Below are positions 1 to 9,469 of a stretch of DNA of 64,000 nucleotides, piece after piece; positions within the stretch are counted from its first letter, which is position 1; every line of letters starts with the position of its first letter. The position numbers and the translations under genes were made by a program. The DNA is taken from assembly GCA_963845515.1 (NCBI GenBank), contig CAWJSR010000045.1:1-64000 (forward strand), given 5' to 3'. The notes below the pieces were generated by a model. It was not told the DNA's origin and searched no databases. It saw nothing but the letters and a program-made list of their open reading frames with translations. The stretch comes from an uncultured delta proteobacterium. GTDB lineage: Bacteria; Myxococcota; Myxococcia; Myxococcales; Anaeromyxobacteraceae.

Positions 1-69
1 AGCGACGGGGCGGTAAGGTCGCCGGAAGATGACTCTCGAGTTCGTCATGGACGCAGCAGTGGGACCCGC

Positions 70-1205
70 ATGAAAGTGATGACCGTCGTCGGCACCCGGC
101 CCGAGATCATCCGCCTGTCGCGCGTCATGGCGGCGCTGGATCGGCACGTGGAGCACGTGCTCGTCCACACGGGCCAGAACTACGACTACGAGCTGAACCA
201 GATCTTCTTCGAGGATCTGGAGATCCGCAAGCCGGACCACTTTCTCGAGTGCCGCCGGCGCGACGGCCGCCGAGACGATCGGCGCTCGTGATCGCCAAGG
301 TGGACGCGGTGCTGCGCCGAGATCCAGCCCGACGCCCTGCTGGTTCTCGGCGACACGAACTAGCTGCCTGGCGCGCTATCCCGGCCAAGCGGCGGAAGAT
401 CCCCGTCTTCCACATGGAGGCCGGCAACCGCTGCTTCGACCAGCGCGTGCCCGAGGAGATCAACCGCAAGATCGTCGACCACATCAGCGACATCAACATG
501 CCGTACAGCGACATCTCGCGGGAGTACCTCCTGCGCGAGGGCTTGCCGCCGGATCGGGTCATCAAGACGGGCAGCCCGATGTACGAGGTGCTGCACCACT
601 ACCTGCCGAAGATCGAGCGCGTCGGACGTTCTCGGCGCGCCTGGAGCTGGAGCCGGGCAAGCTACTTCGTCGTCAGCGCCCATCGCGAGGAGAACATCGA
701 CGCTCCGGAGCAGTTCGCGCAAGCTGGTCGAGGTGCTGAACCGGCTTGGCGAAGACGTACGGCCAGCCGCGTGATCGTCTCGACCCATCCGCGGACGCGG
801 AAGCGGATCGAGGCGGAGAGGCGTCACGCTGGATCCGCTGGTCGAGCTGCTGAAGCCGCTCGGCTTCTGCGACTACGTCCAGCTGCAGATGCACGCGAAG
901 GCGGTGCTCTCCGACAGCGGCACGATCACCGAGGAGATCGTCGATCCTGAACTTCCCGGCCCTGAACATCCGCGAACGCGCACGAGCGGCCCGAGGGCAT
1001 GGAGGAGGCGCGCGGTGATGATGACCGGACTCGAGTGGCGACGATTCAGGAGGCGCTGAGCGTCCTGGAGCGGCAACCCCGCGGCGACGATCGGACGCTG
1101 CGGATGGTGGCGACTACACCGTGCCCAACGTCTAGCGAAAAGGTCGTTCGGATCATCCTGAGCTACACGGACTACGTGAACCGGGTGGTCTGGCGGAAGG
1201 CGTGA
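70..1205 (+). CDS. UDP-N-acetylglucosamine 2-epimerase family, FnlC/WbjD/Cap5G-like; split by several frameshifts
   Basis: N-terminus MKVMTVVGTRPEIIRLSRV...HTGQNYDYELNQIFF, internal HMEAGNRCFDQRVPEEINRKIVDH and SDSGTITEE, C-terminus KVVRIILSYTDYVNRVVWRK. The pieces fall in different frames. Confidence 0.88.
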
Positions 1206-1290
1206 GGGGGCGCAGCCCTCAGCGAACCAGGATCCAGACGAAACCGGCGGCAGGTCGCATCCTTAGGGCTGCCGAACGGGAGAAGGTGGA

Positions 1291-2325
1291 ATGACTGTGT
1301 TGTCGATGACGGGGCTCGTGACCACTGTTGCCGCTGCTGCCCTCGCCACGCGCCTCGTGCGCGAGATCGCACATCGCACCGGCTGGCTCGATACCCCCAA
1401 CGACCGCAGCGCCCACGTGAAGCCGACGCCGCGCCTCGGCGGCATCGGGATCATGGTCGCGTTCCTTCCGGCAGCCGCCCTGCTCGCCCTCCGCCACGCC
1501 GACCGGCAGGCGCTCGTCGTCGTCGTGGCGACCGCGTTCATCTCGGTCGTCGGGCTCGTCGACGACCTTCGTCCCCTCAAGGCCCGCGTCCGGTTCGGCG
1601 CCCAATGCCTCGCGGCGGCGATCGTCGTCGGCTCTGCCTGGGATCGGCTCGGCGGCGCGTGGGCGCTCCTGGGTGCCTTGCCAGTATGGCTCCTCGCGCC
1701 CCTGTCCGTGCTCTGGATCGTCTGGCTCACCAACCTCTACAACTTCATGGACGGCATCGACGGCCTCGCCGGTGGGCAGGCCGTGATCGCTGGCGTCGGG
1801 ATCGCCGTCGCGGCGTTTGGAGCGGGGGCCCAGCTGCAGGGCGTGCTGGCCGCCCTGCTGGCGGCCGCGTCGCTCGGCTTCCTCTTCTTGAACTTCCCTC
1901 CCGCGTCCATCTTCATGGGCGACGTGGGGTCGACCGCCATCGGCTTCCTGTTCGCGTCCCTTCCGTTCCTGGGTGGCGGGGTCGGCGTCCCGGCAGAGGT
2001 CGTGGGGTTGGCGCTGGCCCTCTTCATCCTCGACGCGACCGTGACGCTCGTCCGGCGCCTTTCACGCGGAGAGACCTTCTTCCAGGCGCATCGGACGCAC
2101 TTCTACCAGCGGCCGCTCGCGCTGGGGGTGCCGCATCGCCAGATCACGCTCGTCGCCTGGGCAGGGATGGTCGCGGTCGCCGCGAGCGCCGCCGCCTGGC
2201 TGCGCGTGGGGCGGGGTTGGCGCGTGGCGCTCATCGGCTGTGCGCTCCTGATCTTCGTGGCCTACGCTAGAGCCGTCATCCGCCTCGAGGGGCGCGCCGG
2301 CGCGCCGACTCCAGGAGTGTCCTAG
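1291..2325 (+). CDS. MraY/WecA-family polyprenyl-phosphate sugar-1-phosphate transferase (WbpL-like)
   Basis: Multi-pass membrane protein with DTPNDRSAHVKPTPRLGG, GLVDD, NLYNFMDGIDGLA, FMGDVGS and HRTHFYQR motifs. Confidence 0.9.
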   Translation: MTVLSMTGLVTTVAAAALATRLVREIAHRTGWLDTPNDRSAHVKPTPRLGGIGIMVAFLPAAALLALRHADRQALVVVVATAFISVVGLVDDLRPLKARVRFGAQCLAAAIVVGSAWDRLGGAWALLGALPVWLLAPLSVLWIVWLTNLYNFMDGIDGLAGGQAVIAGVGIAVAAFGAGAQLQGVLAALLAAASLGFLFLNFPPASIFMGDVGSTAIGFLFASLPFLGGGVGVPAEVVGLALALFILDATVTLVRRLSRGETFFQAHRTHFYQRPLALGVPHRQITLVAWAGMVAVAASAAAWLRVGRGWRVALIGCALLIFVAYARAVIRLEGRAGAPTPGVS

Positions 2326-2412
2326 GAGCGCGGTACACGCGCTCAGGCTCAGCGAAACGGATCGTGTCCGTGCCCGTGCTATTAGTACGAGGCCAAGCAC
2401 GGGGGTCTGGAA

Positions 2413-4278
2413 GTGACGGAAGATGCAGCAGCGGTCGTAGGCGTCGCCACACGCCGTACGTTTGTCATCGTCGCGCATCTCGTCCTCTGGGCTGCGGCGC
2501 TGGTGGCCGCCTTCCTCCTGCGCTTCGACTTCCGCCTGCCGGAGCAGCACGCAGCCCAGTTGTTGGTCTGGCTCCCCCTGCTCCTCGCCATCCGCGTCGC
2601 GTCCTTCTACGCGCTCAGCCTCTTCCGCGGCATCTGGCGCTACACCTCCGCCCACGACGCGATCCGGATCTTCGAGGCGACGACGCTCGGTACCCTCGTC
2701 TTCACCCTCCTCCTGGTCCTCTTCTTCCAGACCTTCCCGCGCTCGGTCGTCATCATCGACTACGTGCTCGCCATGGCGTTCGTCGGCGGGGCCCGCTTCT
2801 CCATCCGCGCCTTCCGGCCGCCCAACGCGCCGGTGAGGACCAAGGACGTGAAGCCCATCCGCGTCCTCATCGTCGGCGCCGGCGACGCGGGCGAGATGCT
2901 GGTCCGCGAGGTCCAGCGAAAGTACGTCGGCCGCTACGAGGTGGTCGGCTTCGTCGACGACGACCGGATGAAGCTGGGCGGCCACATCCACGGCGTCCAG
3001 GTCCTCGGCCGGATCGACGAGCTCCCGCTGGTCGTCGCCGATCAGGAGGTCGACGAGATCCTGATCGCCATCCCCACCGCCACCGGCGCGCAGATGCGCC
3101 GCATGGTGGACCTCTGCAAGCTGACCGGCGCGAAGTTCAAGACCATCCCCGGCCTCGGCGACCTCGTCGACGGCCAGGTCACCTTCAGCCAGCTCCGCAC
3201 CGTCGCCATCGAGGATCTCCTCGGCCGCGATCCGGTCGAGCTGGACCTGGCCCTGATCTCGAAGGAGATGAAGGGGCGCGCGATCGTCGTCACCGGCGCG
3301 GGCGGCTCCATCGGCTCGGAGCTGTGCCGGCAGATCGCGCGCTTCGAGCCGTCGGTCCTGGTGCTCGTCGAGCGGGCGGAGAACGCCCTCTTCGACATCG
3401 ATCGCGAGCTGCAGGCCCGCTTCCCCTCGGTGCGGCTCGAGCCGTGCCTCGCCGACATCGCCGAGCCGAAGCGGATGGAGGCAGATCTTCTCGGCCTACC
3501 GGCCGACCGTCGTCTTCCACGCCGCCGCCCACAAGCACGTGCCGATGATGGAGTGGAATCCCGGCGAGGCGGTCAAGAACAACGTCCTCGGCACGCGCTC
3601 GCTCGCGGACCTCGCCGACCGGCACGGCGTCGAGCGGTTCGTGATGATCTCGACCGACAAGGCGGTCAACCCCACCGTCGTCATGGGGACGACGAAGCGC
3701 GTCGCCGAGATCTACGTCCAGGCACTGTCGCAGCGCTCGAAGACGCAGTTCGTCACCGTCCGCTTCGGCAACGTCCTCGGCTCCAGCGGCAGCGTCGTCC
3801 CGATCTTCCAGGAGCAGATCGCGCAGGGCGGCCCGGTCACCGTCACGCATCCGGACATGCGCCGCTACTTCATGACCATCCCCGAGGCCGCCCAGCTCGT
3901 CCTGCAGGCGGGGGCCATGGGCAAGGGCGGCGAGATCTTCGTCCTCGACATGGGCGAGCCGGTCAAGATCGTCGACCTCGCCGCGCGACCTGATCACGCC
4001 TGACCGGCCTGCGGCCGGACGAGGACATCGAGATCGAGTTCACCGGCATGCGCCCCGGCGAGAAGCTCTTCGAGGAGCTGTCGGTCGACGCGGAGCACGC
4101 CGAGAAGACGCGCCACCCCAAGATCTTCGTCGGCCGCTTCCGGCCGTGCGACTGGGCCGGGCTGCAGGACCAGCTCGACCTGCTCGCGAAGACCCCCGCC
4201 GTCGACCCGGCCGCGATCCGCGCGCAGCTCAAGCGGATCGTGCCGGAGTACACGCCGGACGACGGGGCGAAGGGGTAG
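2413..4278 (+). CDS. Membrane-anchored UDP-GlcNAc 4,6-dehydratase (CapD/WbpM/PglF family), copy 1; frameshifts near 3485 and 3985-4000
   Basis: N-terminal TM helices, [71 protein letters not shown]. Joined from ORFs 2413-3993, 3539-4003 and 4048-4278. Confidence 0.92.
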
Positions 4279-4425
4279 CGAGCCCCCCTCACCTTGCTCC
4301 TCTCCCCCGCGGGGCGCGGGGGAGAGGTTTGGGTGCCGAGGCGGAGTTCCGATCGCGTGCGGACCGGCCTGCGCCCCTGCTGGACGCCGTAGGTCGGGCG
4401 GCGGACCAGCGGCTACGCCGCGGAC
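4250..4425 (+). repeat. Spacer repeat copy A: last capD codons + BoxC-like palindrome + conserved tail
   Basis: acacgccggacgacggggcgaag...gagcccccctcaccttgctcctctcccccgcggggcgcgggggagaggtttgggtgccgaggcgga..tccgatcgcgtg...aggtcgggcggcgg aligns to 5508-5670. Perfect 13-bp hairpin at 4299-4327. Confidence 0.9.
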
Positions 4426-4484
4426 CACCACGGTCGCGCGCCCGATCCGACTGGCCCGGCGGAGGCACTCGACTTGCATCGGAG

Positions 4485-4523
4485 TTGATCCGTGCCGACC
4501 CGGGACATACACTCACATGTCCC
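4485..4523 (+). promoter_or_regulatory. sigma70-like promoter with overlapping palindromic operator for the DUF1778/GNAT pair
   Basis: TTGATC (4485) -17 bp- TACACT (4508). Inverted repeat GGGACAT-N8-ATGTCCC (4502-4523) covers the -10. Confidence 0.65.
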
Positions 4524-4542
4524 TCACAAACCCGGGTCCCTC

Positions 4543-4900
4543 ATGCGCCTCGAAACCACCCTCCCAGACCCCCGCGCCGCCCAGCTGGCGAAGCTGGCCG
4601 ACGAGCTTCCACGTCTCCAAGAGCGCCCTCATCGACGAGGCGCTCTCGCTGCTCTTCACCGGCCTCATCGAGGCGCGGAAGGGACACCGGCTCGCGATCA
4701 TCGACGCCAGGACCCAGCGCGTGATCAGCCAGGTCGCGACGCCATCACTCAGCCAGCTCGAGTGGACGACCTACAGCGAGGAGATCGTTCTGACTCCCAA
4801 GGCGCTTTCGAGGGTGGCGGAGCTCATCGCCAACCCGCCGCCGCCGACCCCGGCACTCCGGAAGGCGATGGCGAGGGTCAGGCGAAAGGCGCGTCGGTGA
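4543..4900 (+). CDS. RHH/DUF1778 (TacA/AtaR-like) antitoxin; one frameshift near 4605
   Basis: MRLETTLPDPRAAQLAKLADE joins HVSKSALIDEAL (RHH-like). C-terminal IVLTPKALSRVAELIANPPPPTPALRKAM is typical of DUF1778. Lies directly upstream of a GNAT gene. Confidence 0.78.
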
Positions 4901-4904
4901 TGTG

Positions 4905-5435
4905 ATGATGGCGGTCTTCCTCGAAACCGTTCGCATCGGTGAAGGCCACTCGGAGTCCGGCTTTTCGTGCGACGAGCCGGCGCTCGACCGGTTCTTCGCG
5001 ATACACGCTCTGGCGAACGATCGGCGCGGGCTGGGACGGACGTTCGTGCTCGAGGGGACTCTTTCCGAATTCGCCGGGGTCCGGGGAGTACTTGGCTTCT
5101 ACACGCTGAGCATGGCTGGGCTTGATGCGACCCGGCTGCCCACCGCGCATCGCGTGGGGCTGCCGCGCTATCCCGTGCCAGTGGCGCTCATCGGACGGTC
5201 CGCCGTGGAACGGCGGGCGCAGGGACGAGGGGTGGGCCAGAGGCTCCTCGTCGACGCGATGGCGCGAATCGCCTCGGCCGCCCAGCAGGTCGCCTGCCTG
5301 GGCGTCGTCGTGGACGCGAAGAACGCCCCGGCGGTCCGCTTCTACGAGCGCTTCGGGTTCGAAGTGCTCGACACCGGAGAGCGCTTCCCGGTGCGGATGC
5401 TCCTGCCCGTCGCGACCGCCGCTGCCGCGATGTAG
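4905..5435 (+). CDS. GNAT acetyltransferase toxin (TacT/AtaT-like)
   Basis: FSCDEPALDRF, GFYTLS, LPRYPVPVALIGR, QGRGVGQRLL acetyl-CoA motif, VVVDAKN..AVRFYERFGF. Confidence 0.88.
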   Translation: MMAVFLETVRIGEGHSESGFSCDEPALDRFFAIHALANDRRGLGRTFVLEGTLSEFAGVRGVLGFYTLSMAGLDATRLPTAHRVGLPRYPVPVALIGRSAVERRAQGRGVGQRLLVDAMARIASAAQQVACLGVVVDAKNAPAVRFYERFGFEVLDTGERFPVRMLLPVATAAAAM

Positions 5436-5507
5436 GGGGTCCGTCGCTTCGCCGGCGTCAGCGTCACGGTCCTGTCGGAATCCTGACCTCCTCGCCGACG
5501 ATCCAGA

Positions 5508-5670
5508 ACACGCCGGACGACGGCGCGAAGGTGAGCCCCCCTCACCTTGCTCCTCTCCCCCGCGGGGCGCGGGGGAGAGGTTTGGGCGCCGAGGCGGATC
5601 TCCGATCGCGTGAGGGCCGGCCTGGGGGACGGCGCAGGTCGGGCGGCGGCTACGCGGTCGCGGCGCGGAC
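5508..5670 (+). repeat. Spacer repeat copy B (capD 3' tip + BoxC-like palindrome + tail)
   Basis: Direct repeat of 4250-4425. The 5533-5586 segment is identical to 4280-4333. Begins with acacgccggacgacggcgcgaag, matching the capD terminal codons. Confidence 0.9.
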
Positions 5671-5726
5671 GGCTTGGGGTGCCCGGGGCGGGCGACAGCT
5701 TGCACAAAAGACAACGTTACGTTTAC

Positions 5727-6314
5727 ATGCGCGCAGTGGCGGTAAGGACGAGAAAGACGAGCTGGGACAGGCTCTTCGAAGTGGCCGCCGCCCAGGCGGG
5801 CCTGTTCACGGCAGAGCAGGCCGGTGCGGCTGGTCTCTACCGTCAGCTGCTGCGCAGATACGTCGAGCACCACCGCGTGACGCGCGTGCGGCGCGGGATC
5901 TACCGCGTCGTGCACTTCCCCGCGGCCGAGCACGAGGAGCTGGCGGAGCTATGGCTCTGGTCGAGAAGGGAAGGGGTCTTCTCCCACGCGACGGCGCTCG
6001 CGCTCCACGACCTCTCGGATGTGCTCCCCCATCGAGTCCATCTCACCGTGCCGATGGCGTGGCGGCGGCGGCGCGTTCGGGTCCCTCGTGGACTGGTCCT
6101 GCACTACGGCGCGGTCGGGCCGAAGGAGCGCGCGTGGGTGGGGCCGGTTCCTGTAACGAGTCCGGAGCGCACGTTGCTCGACTGCGTGCAGGGCCACTTC
6201 GCGCCCGACCTGCTTTCACAGGCGCTTGAACAGGCCGGCTCACGTGGACTGGTCGACCCGACGAGGCTGGCCGAGCTCGGCCGCGCGACTGCGCTCGTCG
6301 AGGTGCATAGATGA
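5727..6314 (+). CDS. Type IV TA antitoxin, AbiEi family
   Basis: [18 protein letters not shown]-terminal w[37 protein letters not shown]. Overlaps the downstream nucleotidyltransferase gene. TTGCAC at 5700; start could be GTG 5736. Confidence 0.88.
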   Translation: MRAVAVRTRKTSWDRLFEVAAAQAGLFTAEQAGAAGLYRQLLRRYVEHHRVTRVRRGIYRVVHFPAAEHEELAELWLWSRREGVFSHATALALHDLSDVLPHRVHLTVPMAWRRRRVRVPRGLVLHYGAVGPKERAWVGPVPVTSPERTLLDCVQGHFAPDLLSQALEQAGSRGLVDPTRLAELGRATALVEVHR

Positions 6315-7210
6315 GGGCACGCACCTACGCATCCGCGGCCGCGTTCAAGGCGGCCCTCGACCAGCGGCTTCGCAAGGTTGCGGAACCGGGCGTCGGCATC
6401 ACCCGTCGACGTCAGCTTCTCGTCTTCGACCGATACCTGGCGCGCCTCACCCGAATCCTTGGCGACGCTGCCACTCTGAAGGGTGGCTTGGCGCTCGAGG
6501 TTCGGCTCGACCGGGCGCGCGCGACGCGGGACATCGACCTGCGGTTGGTCGGTTCGCCCGATGGTCTGCTCGCCAGGCTCCAGGAGGCCGGCCGGCTCGA
6601 CCTCGGGGACTTCATGGCTTTCGACGTGCGCTCGGACGGCCGTCACCCGAACATCGCCGGGCCCGGCGTTCAGTACGAGGGTCAGCGCTTCCGTGCAGAG
6701 TGCCGAGTCGCGGGAATGCTTTACGGGCGGGCGTTCGGAGTCGACGTCGCGTTCGGCGACCCGATGCTGGGCGAACCCGACGTCGTGGCGGGGGACGACC
6801 TCCTCTCCTTCGCCGGGATCGCACCGGCCACCTATCGCCTCTACCCGGTGGAGACGCATCTCGCCGAGAAGCTCCACGCTTACACGCTGCCGAGGCCCGC
6901 TCCATCGACCCGTGTAAAGGACCTGCCGGATCTCGCGCTGCTCGGGCAGGCAGGCGAGCGGGAGGCGGCGCGGATGGTCGCCGCGATCGACCAAACCTTC
7001 GCCTTCAGGAAGACGCACCCAGTTCCGGCCAGTCTCCCCGCGCCCCCTCCGACGTGGGAGCTGGATTACGCGACCATGGCGGCGGCGGACGACCTCCCAT
7101 GGCCGACGCTGGCCTCGGTCGCGACAGCGGCTCGCGCCTTTCTGGACCCTGTCCTTGCGGGCGAAACAGGGATGCGTTGGCGCCCGGCGTCGTGGAAATG
7201 GCGGCGGTAG
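6311..7210 (+). CDS. Type IV TA toxin, AbiEii/DUF1814 nucleotidyltransferase
   Basis: LKGGLAL..R...RATRDIDL (G-G..DxD NTase motif), [16 protein letters not shown]. Confidence 0.9.
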   Translation: MRARTYASAAAFKAALDQRLRKVAEPGVGITRRRQLLVFDRYLARLTRILGDAATLKGGLALEVRLDRARATRDIDLRLVGSPDGLLARLQEAGRLDLGDFMAFDVRSDGRHPNIAGPGVQYEGQRFRAECRVAGMLYGRAFGVDVAFGDPMLGEPDVVAGDDLLSFAGIAPATYRLYPVETHLAEKLHAYTLPRPAPSTRVKDLPDLALLGQAGEREAARMVAAIDQTFAFRKTHPVPASLPAPPPTWELDYATMAAADDLPWPTLASVATAARAFLDPVLAGETGMRWRPASWKWRR

Positions 7211-7221
7211 CTGAAGGGGCA

Positions 7222-7689
7222 CAGGAGCAGATCGCGAAGGGCGGCCCGGTCACCGTCACGCACCCGGACATGCGCCGGTACTTCATGACCATCCCCGAGG
7301 CGGCCCAGCTCGTAATGCAGGCGGGGGCCATGGGGAACGGCGGCGAGATCTTCGTCCTCGACATGGGGCAGCCGGTGAAGATCGCCGACCTCGCGCGCGA
7401 CCTCATCACCCTGACCGGCCTGAAGCCGGGCGAGGACATCGAGATCAAGTTCACCGGCCTCCGCCCCGGCGAGAAGCTCTTCGAGGAGCTGTCGGTCGAC
7501 GCGGAGCACGCCGAGAAGACGCGCCACCCCAAGATCTTCGTCGGCCGCTTCCGGCCGTGCGACTGGGACGGGCTGCAGGACCAGCTCGACCTGCTCGCGA
7601 AGACCCCCGCCGTCGACCCGGCGGCGATCCGCGCGCGGTTGAAGCAGCTCGTGCCGGAGTACACGCCGGACGACGGGGCGAAGACGTAG
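7222..7689 (+). pseudogene. Headless duplicate of the 3' ~465 bp of capD copy 1
   Basis: [31 protein letters not shown]...[45 protein letters not shown] closely matches 3809-4278. The 5' part of the gene is absent, but the frame is still open. Confidence 0.93.
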
Positions 7690-7730
7690 GTCGGGCGGCG
7701 GCCAGCGGTCGCCGCGCGGACGGTTCGGCG

Positions 7731-7910
7731 ATGACGGGCGCTGAACCCGTCTTCATTGATACGAACGTGCTCATCGCGGCCACGGTGGAGGCCCACCCTG
7801 GTCATGCGGTCGCGGTGGCGCTGCTCGCCAGGCTCGCGGGGAGCGACGTCGCTGCATGCGTTTCGCCGCAGGTCTGCAGGGAATACCTCTCGGTCCTGAC
7901 CCGCGGACCC
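7731..7910 (+). pseudogene. Truncated PIN-domain (VapC-like) toxin
   Basis: MTGAEPVFIDTNVLIAA...HPGH...VSPQVCREYLSVLTR is the N-terminal half of a PIN fold. Similarity stops where the convergent gene at 7918 ends. Confidence 0.75.
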
Positions 7911-7917
7911 GTCCGCC

Positions 7918-8739
7918 CTACGCGGTCGCCGCCAGCGCCGCCACGTACTCTTCGACCGCCACACCGTGGGCGGCTGCCAGCCGCTCCAGAGAGCGGTACT
8001 GGGGCAGGTGCTTCCCGCTCTCCAGCCGCCGGACCTCGCGCTCCGACAGCCCGGGGATTCCGGACTGCTTGAGGCCGCTCGCTTCGCGAAGCCTGCGGAT
8101 GGCGTGGGCGTACCGCAGCGCCTCGGCTCGGATGTCCCGCTGGCGTGAAGCGCGGAAGGCCGGGTCCGCATGGAAGCGGAAGGCGTCCAACCCGAGGTCC
8201 ACGTCTCCCTCGTCCCAATGGACGCGGCTCCCGCTCTCGCTGACGTGGAACGCTGCGAGCCCCTTCGCGGAAAGCTGCGCCAGCGGCCGGATCGCCGAAA
8301 CCTTCACGCGATATGGACGCGGCTCGCAGCTCCAGGCGACGATCTCGCCGCGCTCTAGCGACACCGAGGCGATCAGCCGCTCCTCGGCTCCCGTGGTGCG
8401 GGCGAAGACGAGCCGGCGAAGCGCGTGCCGGTCGGGGACGATGTACGGCACCATCGAAGTCTCTGCCGCGAGGAGCGCGACCTCCTGCGCGGGGCCCCTC
8501 CCCGCCACCCCGGTCTCGCTGCTGCGGAAGAGCGCCAATCCGACCTCGCGCTCCAGGAGGTGCCGAAGCTCGGGGTAGTACCGCCTGACCGCGCCATCGG
8601 TCGTGAGCATGAGCGCATGTCGGGCTGCGCTCCGCGGCGGCTTTGCCACGACGCGGACGTGCTTCGGGACGGCCGCCCCGAGCTCACGTCGGAGGGCTAC
8701 CGCGTCGAGCTTCGATACCAGAACGGCTGCGCCACTCAT
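7918..8739 (-). CDS. Putative antitoxin/regulator: DUF2442-like segment + C-terminal XRE HTH
   Basis: HVSESGSRVHWDEGDVDLGL resembles DUF2442. IRRLREASGLKQS..GLSEREVRRLESGKHLPQYRSLERLAAAHG is an XRE HTH. GGAGAG precedes ATG 8739. Confidence 0.7.
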   Translation of the reverse strand: MSGAAVLVSKLDAVALRRELGAAVPKHVRVVAKPPRSAARHALMLTTDGAVRRYYPELRHLLEREVGLALFRSSETGVAGRGPAQEVALLAAETSMVPYIVPDRHALRRLVFARTTGAEERLIASVSLERGEIVAWSCEPRPYRVKVSAIRPLAQLSAKGLAAFHVSESGSRVHWDEGDVDLGLDAFRFHADPAFRASRQRDIRAEALRYAHAIRRLREASGLKQSGIPGLSEREVRRLESGKHLPQYRSLERLAAAHGVAVEEYVAALAATA

Positions 8740-8852
8740 GCTTGCTCTCCAGGACTCTTCACGAGCGCCTTCTCGAGCCACTCCCGGTAAAGCGCGGCTC
8801 GGTGCTCCTCGACGCCAACGGCAATGCGCCTCCGATCCCTTGCGGTCGGCAC
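8736..8852 (-). CDS. 38-aa ORF absent from the ORF track, resembling a DUF4160 C-terminal helix; mini-partner or remnant
   Basis: Manual translation (V)PTARDRRRIAVGVEEHRAALYREWLEKALVKSPGEQA*. Its TGA overlaps the next ATG (ATGA). TTGCAC lies upstream at 8888-8883. Confidence 0.45.
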   Translation of the reverse strand: MPTARDRRRIAVGVEEHRAALYREWLEKALVKSPGEQA

Positions 8853-8920
8853 GTGACGTACCTAACCTGGACCGGACATACGGTGCAAGCGAGGCTGCGA
8901 ATGGCCGGCACCCGCGAGGG

Positions 8921-8992
8921 CCCCCTCACCAGCCCTCTCCCCCGCAGCGCGTGGGAGAGGTTGAGGCGCCGAGGCGGATGTTCGATCAGGTG
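8921..8992 (+). repeat. Diverged spacer repeat copy D (BoxC-like palindrome + tail)
   Basis: ccccctcaccagccctctcccccgcagcgcgtgggagaggttgaggcgccgaggcggatgttcgatcaggtg aligns with 5537-5612. Confidence 0.82.
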
Positions 8993-9142
8993 ACTTGCAT
9001 GGTCGTGGGCCGGACCTGTGGCCGCGGGGCGGACGGTGTTGCGCGGCCAACCGGGTGACTGGGTTGCCGGGCGCCTAGTCCGGCCCTTGCACGGGTATGA
9101 ACGGGGGACGGCGATGCCTTGCCGTCGGATAACCGTTCAGAT

Positions 9143-9469
9143 ATGTTTCGAGACCACGAAGTGCGGATGTACGAGACCCGGGCCGGGCGGCAGCCGTTCC
9201 GGGACTTCCTCGACGCTCTCCCGCCGCAGGCGCGGGCGCACGTGATGGCCGACGTGGTGCTGGTCGCGCGCCACGGACGCATGGCCCCGGTATCGGTGAA
9301 GGCGATCGTGGGTGCGCAGAATCGCGGGATGCTCGAGATACGTACGGGCGGCTACCGGACGTTCTTCTGCCTGGCTGCGGGGGTCATGTGGCTTCTCCAC
9401 GGGTGCAAGAAGCAGGATCAGGTCGCGGGCATCGCCGTCGCCCGCGAGCGCATGAGGCGAGTCGGGTGA
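9143..9469 (+). CDS. RelE/HigB-like (Gp49/DUF891-type) toxin
   Basis: VRMYETRAGRQPFRDFLDAL...GMLEIRTGGYRTFF...LLHGCKK...IAVARERM. Toxin-first order. TTGCCG-17-TATGTT at 9119-9147 suggests the start may be GTG 9161. Confidence 0.82.
   Translation: MFRDHEVRMYETRAGRQPFRDFLDALPPQARAHVMADVVLVARHGRMAPVSVKAIVGAQNRGMLEIRTGGYRTFFCLAAGVMWLLHGCKKQDQVAGIAVARERMRRVG

Noticed and set aside
7203..7213. ops-like GGCGGTAG near a polysaccharide locus (also near 31132)
   Set aside because: Both are simply Arg-Arg-stop gene ends in GC-rich DNA with no JUMPstart context.
6226..7689. 487-aa ORF ending in CapD sequence
   Set aside because: The first ~330 codons are an alternative frame of abiEii. Only 7222-7689 is capD-derived.
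4250..9000. CRISPR array or classical integron
   Set aside because: The repeats are 70-470 bp and separated by whole genes. No cas gene or intI, and no clear attC (RYYYAAC...GTTRRRY) structure was seen.
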